A DNA stretch of 64,000 nt from Eledone cirrhosa (Eukaryota): contig OZ024742.1 of NCBI GenBank assembly GCA_964016885.1, positions 356,934,001-356,998,000 of the forward strand, read 5' to 3'. Within the stretch, counting starts at the first letter, position 1. The number at the start of each line of letters is the position of its first letter. Below the pieces are notes generated by a model. The model was not told where the DNA came from, ran no database searches, and saw only the letters and a list, made by a program, of their open reading frames with translations. Made by a program: the position numbers and the translations under genes. Below, one piece after another: positions 55,901 to 64,000 of this stretch.

Positions 55901-58900
55901 CAGTGTGGACTGAGTACTTTTAGATGTGACACCTACATGACCACTTTACAGTGTGGACTGAGTACTTTTAGATGTGACACCTACATGACCACTTTACAGT
56001 GTGGACTGAGTACTTTTAGTTGTGATACTTACATGACCACTTTACAGTGTGGACAAAGTAATTTTAGTTGTGACACTTACATGACCAGTTTACAGTGTGG
56101 GCTGGGTACTTTTAGTTGTGACACCTACATGATCACTTTACAGTGTGGACTGAGTACTTTTAGTTCTGACACTTACATGACCACGTTACAGTGTGGCCTG
56201 AGTACTTTTAGTTGTGACACTTACGTGACCACTTTACAGTGTGGACTGAGTACATTTAGTTGTGATACTTACATGACCACTTTACAGTGTGGACTGAGTA
56301 CTTTTAGTTGTGTAACTTACATGACCACTTTATAGTGTGGACTGAGTACTTTTAGTTGTGACACCTACATGACCACTTTACAGAGTGGACAGTACTTTTA
56401 GTTGTGAAACCTACATGACCACTTTACAGTGTGGGCTGAGTACTTTTAGTTGTGACACTTACATGACAACTTTACAGTGTTCACTGAGTACTTTCATTTG
56501 TGACACTTACATGACCAATTTACAGTGTGGACTGAGTACTTTTAGTTGTTATACCTGCATGAGCACTTTACAGTGTGGACTGAGTACTTTTAGTTGTGAC
56601 ATCTACATGACCACTTTACAGTGTGGACTGAGTAATTTTAGTTGTGACACCTACATGACCACTTTACAGTGTGGAATAAGTACTTTTAGTTGTGACACCT
56701 ACATGACCACTTTACAGTGTGGACTAAGTACTTTTAGTCGTTACACTTACATGACCACTTTACAGTGTGGACTGAGTACTTTTAGATGTGAAACATACAT
56801 GACCACATTACAGAGTGGACTGTGTACTTTTAGTTGTGACACTTACATGGTCACTTTACAGAGTGGACTGAGTACTTTTAGTTGTGACACCTACATGACC
56901 ACTTTACAGTGTTGACAGAGCACTTTTAGTTGTGACACTTACATGACCACTTTACAGTGTGGACTGAGTACTTTTATTTGTGACACTTCCATGAACACTT
57001 TACAGTGTGGACTAAGTACTTTTAGTTGTGACACTTATATGACCACTTTACAGTGTGGACTGAGTACTTTTAGTTGTGACACCTACATGACAACTTTACA
57101 GTGTGGACTGAGTACTTTTAGTTGTGACACCTACATGACCACTTTATAGTCTGGACTAAGTACATTTAGTTGTGACACTTACATGAACACTTTACAGTGT
57201 GGACTGAGTACTTTTAGTTGTGAGACTTACATGACCACTTTACAGTGTGGACTGAGTACATTTAGTTGTGACACTTACATGATCAGTTTACAGTGTGGAC
57301 TAAGTACTTTTAGTTGTGAGACCTACATGACCACTTTCCAGTGTGGGGTGAGTACTTTTAGTTGTGACATCTACATGACCACTTTGCAGTGTGGACTGAG
57401 AACTTTTACTTGTGACACTTACATGAGCACTTTACAGTGTGGAGAGTACTTTTAGTTGTGACACCTACATGACCACTTTACAGAGTTGACTGAGTACTTT
57501 TAGTTGTGACACCTACATGATCACTTTACAGTTTGGTCTGAGTACCTTAATTGTGACGCTTACATGACCACTTTATAGTGTGGACTGAGTACTTTTGATT
57601 GTGACACCTATATGATCATTTTACAGTGTGGACTGAGTAATTTTAGTTGTGACACTTACTTGATCACTTTACAGTGTGGACTGAGTACTTTTAGTTGTGA
57701 CACTTACATGACCACTTTACAGTGTGGACTGATTACTTTTAGCTGTGACACTTACATGACCACTTTACAGTGTGAACTAAGTACTTTTAGTTGTGACACT
57801 TACATGACCACTTTACAGTGTGGACTGAGTACTTTTAGTTGTGACACTTACATGACCACTTTACAGTGTGGACTGAGTACTTTTAGTTGTGACACTTACA
57901 TGACCACTTTACAGTGTGGACGAAGTAATTTTAGTTGTGAGAACTACATGACTACTTTACAGAGTGGACTTAGTACTTTTAGTTGTGACACCTACATGAC
58001 CACTTTACAGTGTGGTCTGAGTACTTTTAGTTGTGACACTTACATGACCACTTTACAGTGTAGACTGAGTACTTTTAGTTGTGATACTTACATGACCACT
58101 TTACAGAGTGTACTGAGTACTTTTAGTTGTGACACTTACATGACCACTTTACAGAGTGGACTGAGTACTTTTAGTTGTGACACGTACATGTCCAACTTGC
58201 AGTGTGGACTGAGAACTTTTACGTGTGACACCTACATGACCTCTTTACAGTGTGGACTGAGTACTTTTAGTTGTGATACTTACATGACCAATTTACAGAG
58301 TGGACTGAGTACTTTTAGTTGTGACACTTACATGACCACTTTACAGTGTTGAGTGAGTACTTTTAGTTGTTAGACTTACATGACCACATTACAGTGTTGA
58401 GTGAGTACTTTTAGTTGTGACACCTACATGACCACTTTACAGTGTGGTCTAAGTACTTTTAGTTGTGACACTTACATGACCAATTTACAGTGTTGAGTGA
58501 GTACTTTTAGTTGTGACACCTACATGACCACTTTACAGTGTGGACTGAGTACTTTTAGTTGTGACACCTACATGACCACTTTACACTGTGGACTGAATAC
58601 TTTTAGTCGTGACACTTACATGACTACTCTACAGTGTGGACTGAGTACTTTTAGATGTGACACTTACATGACCACTTTACAGTGTGGACTGAGAACTTTT
58701 AGTTGTGACACTTACATGACTACTTTACAGTGTAGACTGAGTACTTTTAGTTGTGAAATTTACATGACCATTTTACATTGTGGAGTGAGTACTTTTAATT
58801 GTGATACTTACATGACTACGTTACAGTGTAGACTGAGTACTTTTAGTTGTGACACTTACATGACCACTTTACAGTGTGGACTAAGTACTTTTAGTTGTGA

Positions 58901-58970
58901 CATCTACATGACCACTTTACATTGTGTACTAAGTACTTTTAGTTGTGACACTTACATGACCACTTTACAG
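36760..58970 (+). repeat. About 8.05-8.1-kb (168-169-monomer) unit: two full copies about 14.2 kb apart, separated by two internally deleted 3.0-3.1-kb derivatives
   Basis: Offsets are +14232/14234 (37010/51244, 38083/52317, 41144/55376, 42153/56385, 43380/57612), +8051 (37010/45061) and +8097 (49515/57612, 50400/58497). Confidence 0.85.
42790..52240 (+). repeat. Three tandem copies of a 63-65-monomer unit (3020/3068/3115 bp)
   Basis: ORF starts 43380/46400/49515, 44217/47285/50400, 44773/47841/50956 and 45458/48526/51641. Markers ttttgattg, ggacgaag, tgttagac and gaaatttac recur. Confidence 0.9.
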
Positions 58971-61230
58971 TGTAGACTGAGTACTTTTAGTTGTGACACT
59001 TACATGACCACTTTACAGTGTGGACTCGGTACGTTTAGATGTGACACTACATGACTACTTTACAGTATAGACTGAGTACTTTTAGTTGTGACACTTACAT
59101 GACAACTTTACAGTGTGGACTGAGTACTTATAGTTGTGACACCTACATGACCACTTTACAGTGTGGACTAAGTACTTTTAGTTGTTACACTTACATGACC
59201 ACTTTACAGTGTGGACTGAGTACTTTTAGATGTGACACCTACAGGTCCACTTTACAGTGTGGACTGAGTACTTTTAGATGTGACACCTACATGACCACTT
59301 TACAGTGTGGACTGAGTACTTTTAGTTGTGATACTTACATGACCACTTTACAGTGTGGACAAAGTAATTTTAGTTGTGACACTTACATGACCAGTTTACA
59401 GTGAGGGCTGGGTACTTTTAGTTGTGACACCTACATGATCACTTTACAGTGTGGACTGAGTACTTTTAGTTCTGACACTTACATGAACACGTTACAGTGT
59501 GGACTGAGTACTTTAAGTTGTGACACTTACGTGACCGCTTTACAGTGTGGACTGAGTACATTTAGTTGTGATACTTACATGACCACTTTACAGTGTGGAC
59601 TGAGTACTTTTAGTTGTGACACTTACATGACCACTTTATAGTGTGGACTGAGTACTTTTAGTTGTGACACCTACATGACCACTTTACAGAGTGGACTGAG
59701 TACTTTTAGATGTGAAACATACATAACCACATTACAGAGTGGACTGTGTACTTTTAGTTGTGACACATACATGGCCACTTTACAGAGTGGACTGAGTACT
59801 TTTAGTTGTGACACCTACATGACCACTTTACAGTGTTGACAGAGCACTTTTAGTTGTGACACTTACATGACCACTTTACAGTGTGGACTGAGTACTTTTA
59901 TTTGTGACACTTCCATGAACACTTTACAGTGTGGACTAAGTACTTTTAGTTGTGACACTTATATGACCACTTTACAGTGTGGACTGAGTACTTTTAGTTG
60001 TGACACCTACATGACAACTTTACAGTGTGGACTGAGTACTTTTAGTTGTGACACCTACATGACCACTTTATAGTCTGGACTAAGTACATTTAGTTGTGAC
60101 ACTTACATGAACACTTTACAGTGTGGACTGAGTACTTTTAGTTGTGAGACTTACATGACCACTTTACAGTGTGGACTGAGTACATTTAGTTGTGACACTT
60201 ACATGACCACTTTACAGTGTAGACTGAGTACTTTTAGTTGTGATACTTACATGACCACTTTACAGAGTGTACTGAGTACTTTTAGTTGTGACACTTACAT
60301 GACCACTTTACAGAGTGGACTGAGTACTTTTAGTTGTGACACCTACATGTCCAACATGCAGTGTGGACTGAGAACTTTTACGTGTGACACCTACATGACC
60401 TCTTTACAGTGTGGACTGAGTACTTTTAGTTGTGATACTTACATGACCAATTTACAGAGTGGACTGAGTACTTTTAGTTGTGACACTTACATGACCACTT
60501 TACAGTGTTGAGTGAGTACTTTTAGTTTTTAGACTTACATGACCACATTACAGTGTTGAGTGAGTACTTTTAGTTGTGACACCTACATGACCACTTTACA
60601 GTGTGGTCTAAGTACTTTTAGTTGTGACACTTACATGACCACTTTACAGTGTTGAGTGAGTACTTTTAGTTGTGACACCTACATGACCACTTTACAGTGT
60701 GGACTGAGTACTTATAGTTGTGACACCTACATGACCACTTTACACTGTGGACTGAATACTTTTAGTCGTGACACTTACATGACTACTCTACAGTGTGGAC
60801 TGAGTACTTTTAGATGTGACACTTACATGACCACTTTACAGTGTGGACTGAGAACTTTTAGTTGTGACACTTACATGACTAATTTACAGTGTAGACTGAG
60901 TACTTTTAGTTGTGAAATTTACATGACCATTTTACATTGTGGAGTGAGTACTTTTAATTGTGATACTTACATGACTACTTTACAGTGTAGACTGAGTACT
61001 TTTAGTTGTGACACTTACATGACCACTTTACAGTGTGGACTAAGTACTTTTAGTTGTGACATCTACATGACCACTTTACATTGTGTACTAAGTACTTTTA
61101 GTTGTGACACTTACATGACCACTTTACAGTGTAGACTGAGTACTTTTAGTTGTGACACTTACATGACCACTTTACAGTGTGGACTCGGTACGTTTAGATG
61201 TGACACTACATGACTACTTTACAGTGTAGA
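58040..61230 (+). repeat. About 1-kb block duplicated at +2159 bp (45 monomers)
   Basis: ORFs 58497-59054 and 60656-61213 are near-identical. Both share the tgttgagtgag cluster and ggactcggtacgtttagatg. Confidence 0.85.
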
Positions 61231-61965
61231 CTGAGTACTTTTAGTCGTGACACTTACATAACCACTTTACAGTGTGGACACGGTACGTTTAGTCGTGACA
61301 CTACATGACTACTTTACAGTGTAGACTGAGTACTTTTAGTTGTGACACCTACATGAGCATTTTACAGTGTGGACTGAGTACTTTTAGTTGTCATACTTAC
61401 ATGACCACTTTACAGTGTGGACTGAGTACATTTAGTTCTGACACTTACATGACCACTTTACAGTGTGGACTCAGTACTTTTAGTTGTGACACTTACATGA
61501 CCAGTTTACAGTGTGGACTGAGTACTTTTAGTTGTGACACTTACATGACCACTTTACAGTGTGGACTAAGTACTTTTAGTTGTGACATCTACATGACCAC
61601 TTTACATTGTGTACTAAGTACTTTTAGTTGTGACACTTACATGACCACTTTACAGTGTAGACTGAGTACTTTTAGTTGTGACACTTACATGACCACTTTA
61701 CAGTGTGGACTCGGTACGTTTAGATGTGACACTACATGACTACTTTACAGTGTAGACTGAGTACTTTTAGTTGTGACACTTACATAACCACTTTACAGTG
61801 TGGACTCGGTACGTTTAGTTGTGACACTACATGACTACTTTACAGTGTAGACTGAGTACTTTTAGTTGTGACACCTACATGAGCATTTTACAGTGTGGAA
61901 TGAGTACTTTTAGTTGTCATACTTACATGACCACTTTACAGTGTGGACTGAGTACTTTTAGTTCT
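60990..61965 (+). repeat. Tandem duplication of a 526-bp (11-monomer) unit
   Basis: ORF starts 61305/61831 and ORF ends 61213/61739 are +526. The markers cattgtgtactaag, ctcggtacgt, atgagcatt and tgtcatact are repeated. Confidence 0.85.
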
Positions 61966-64000
61966 GACAATTACATGACCGCTTTACAGTGTGGGCTCAG
62001 TACTTTTAGTTGTGACACTTACATGACCAGTTTACAGTGTGGACTGAGTACTTTTAGTTGTGAAACTTACATGACCACTTTACAGTGTGGACTAAGTACT
62101 TTTAGTTGTGACACTTACATGACCACTTTACAGGGTAGACTGAGTACTTTTAGTTGTGACACTTACGTGACCACTTTACAGTGTGGACTGAGTACATTTA
62201 GTTGTGACAGTTACATGACCACTTTACAGTGTGGACTGAGTAATTTACGTTGTGACACCTACATGACCACTTTACAGTGTGGACTAAGTACTTTTAGTTG
62301 TTACACTTACATGACCACTTTACAGTGTGGACTGAGTACTTTTAGATGTGACACCTACATGTCCACTTTACAGTGTGGACTGAGTACTTTTAGATGTGAC
62401 ACCTACATGACCACTTTACAGTGTGGACTGAGTACTTTTAGTTGTGATACTTACATGACCACTTTACAGTGTGGACAAAGTAATTTTAGTTGTGACACTT
62501 ACATGACCAGTTTACAGTGTGGGCTGGGTACTTTTAGTTGTGACACCTACATGATCACTTTACAGTGTGGACTGAGTACTTTTAGTTCTGACACTTACAT
62601 GAACACGTTACAGTGTGGACTGAGTACTTTAAGTTGTGACACTTACGTGACCACTTTACAGTGTGGACTGAGTACATTTAATTGTGATACTTACATGACC
62701 ACTTTACAGTGTGGACTGAGTACTTTTAGTTGTGACACTTACATGACCACTTTATAGTGTGGACTGAGTACTTTTAGTTGTGACACCTACATGACCACTT
62801 TACAGAGTGGACTGAGTACTTTTAGTTGTGAAACCTACATGACCACTTTACAGTGTGGACTAAGTACTTTTAGTTGTGACACTTACATGACAACTTTACA
62901 GTGTGGACTAAGTACTTTCATTTGTGACACTTACATGACCAATTTACAGTGTGGACTGAGTACTTTTAGTTGTGACACTTACATAACCACTTTACAGTGT
63001 GGACTCGGTACGTTTAGTTGTGACACTACATGACTACTTTACAGTGTAGACTGAGTACTTTTAGTTGTGACACCTACATGAGCATTTTACAGTGTGGACT
63101 GAGTACTTTTAGTTGTCATACTTACATGACCACTTTACAGTGTGGACTGAGTACTTTTAGTTCTGACACTTACATGACCACTTTACAGTGTGGACACAGT
63201 ACTTTTTGTTGTGACACATACATGACCACTTTACAGAGTGGACTAAGTACTTTTAGTAGTGACACTTAATATGACCACTTTACAGTGTGGGCTGAGTACT
63301 TTTAGTTGTGACACTTACATGACCACTTTACAGTGTGGACTGAGTACTTTTAGTTGCGACATTTACATGACCACTTTACAGTGTGGACTGAGTACTTTTA
63401 GTTGTGACACTTACACGACCACTTTACAGTGTGGACTGAGTACTTTTAGTTGTGGCACTTACATGACCACTTTACAGTGTGAATGAGTAATTTTAGTTGT
63501 GACACCTACATGACCACTTTGAAGTGTGGACTGAGTACTTTTAGTTGTGACACCTACATGACCACTTTACAGTGTGGACTGAGTACTTTTAATTGTGACA
63601 CTTACATGACTACTTTACAGTGTGAACTGAATACTTTTAGTTGTGACACTTACATGACCACTTTACAGTGTGGACTGAGTTCTTTTAGTTGTGACACCTA
63701 CATGACCACTTTACAGTGTGGACTGATTATTTTAGTTGTGACACTTACATGACCACTTTACAGTGTGGACTGAGTACTTTTAGTTGTGACACCTACACGA
63801 CCACTTTACAGTGTGGACTGGGTACTTTTAGTTGTGACACATACATGACCACTTTACAGTGTGGACTGAGTACTTTTAGTTGTGACTCTTACATGACCAG
63901 TTTACAGTGTGGACTAAGTATTTTAGTTGTGACACTTACGTGACCACTTTACAGTGTGGACTGAGTACTTTTAGTTGTGACACCTACTTGACCACTTTAC

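Larger units (their letters stand above)
1..64000 (+). repeat. 48-bp tandem satellite array, about 1,335 head-to-tail monomers, extending beyond both window ends
   Basis: Consensus ATGACCACTTTACAGTGTGGACTGAGTACTTTTAGTTGTGACACTTAC (exact copy at 32-79) repeats continuously. Typical monomers carry 0-4 substitutions and occasional 1-2 bp indels. No unique spacer, inversion or insertion was seen. Each consensus monomer has one AGTACT (ScaI/RsaI) site. Confidence 0.99.

Noticed and set aside
32-63943. Over 100 plus-strand ORFs encoding (MTTLQCGLSTFSCDTY)n, up to 319 aa
   Set aside because: They are a by-product of a 48-bp (16-codon) monomer with one stop-free frame and an ATG in each unit. ORF ends are set by recurrent CAG>TAG and GGA>TGA changes and by frameshifts that are copied through the HORs. 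There is no unique N- or C-terminus, signal peptide or gene context.
1-64000. CRISPR array
   Set aside because: Monomers abut directly with no unique spacers, and there is no leader or cas gene.
1-64000. Telomeric repeat or CENP-B box
   Set aside because: TTAGTT occurs once per monomer but there are no tandem TTAGGG/TTAGG-type repeats or G-tracts. The CENP-B box needs two CpGs and the consensus has none.
1-64000. Nucleosome-phased 3-mer (144 bp) or 4-mer (192 bp) periodicity
   Set aside because: The arithmetic is suggestive, but variants show no array-wide 3- or 4-monomer period, and the HOR sizes (11, 14, 45, 46, 65 monomers) share no such factor.
1-64000. Variant-cassette or diversity-generating system (antigenic-variation-like silent cassettes)
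   Set aside because: There is no expression locus, recombinase or reverse transcriptase, and no conserved flanks. Variation is spread over all monomer positions and is explained by ordinary mutation plus duplication.
1-64000. Transposon insertions, inversions, tRNA/rRNA genes
   Set aside because: No non-satellite sequence or reverse-oriented monomer was seen on reading through. A very short insert could have been missed by eye.

Overview
The whole 64 kb window is one uninterrupted head-to-tail satellite array of a 48-bp monomer. The consensus is ATGACCACTTTACAGTGTGGACTGAGTACTTTTAGTTGTGACACTTAC (about 40% GC, no CpG), with roughly 1,335 copies, all in the same orientation. The array runs past both window edges. 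I see no unique sequence, genes, RNA genes, transposons or CRISPR spacers. The many ORFs (MTTLQCGLSTFSCDTY)n arise because the monomer is 16 codons long with one stop-free frame; they are broken by recurrent stops and frameshifts and are not called as CDS. The real information lies in the monomer variants, which act as barcodes and reveal layered, nested higher-order repeats (HORs). Periods are about 670/860/1522, 1339, 2155, 2159, 2203 (super-period 6609), 3020-3115, 4200, 5511-5605 and 8050-8100 bp. One out-of-register junction at about 13487 separates two variant sub-families. The pattern is typical of eukaryotic heterochromatic or (peri)centromeric satellite DNA, but I cannot assign the organism or family. 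I found no convincing novel gene system. The more speculative leads (coding ancestry of the monomer, a U1/5'-splice-site-like motif in every monomer) are flagged as hypotheses. Boundaries were read by eye and from ORF-track offsets and are accurate to about one monomer.
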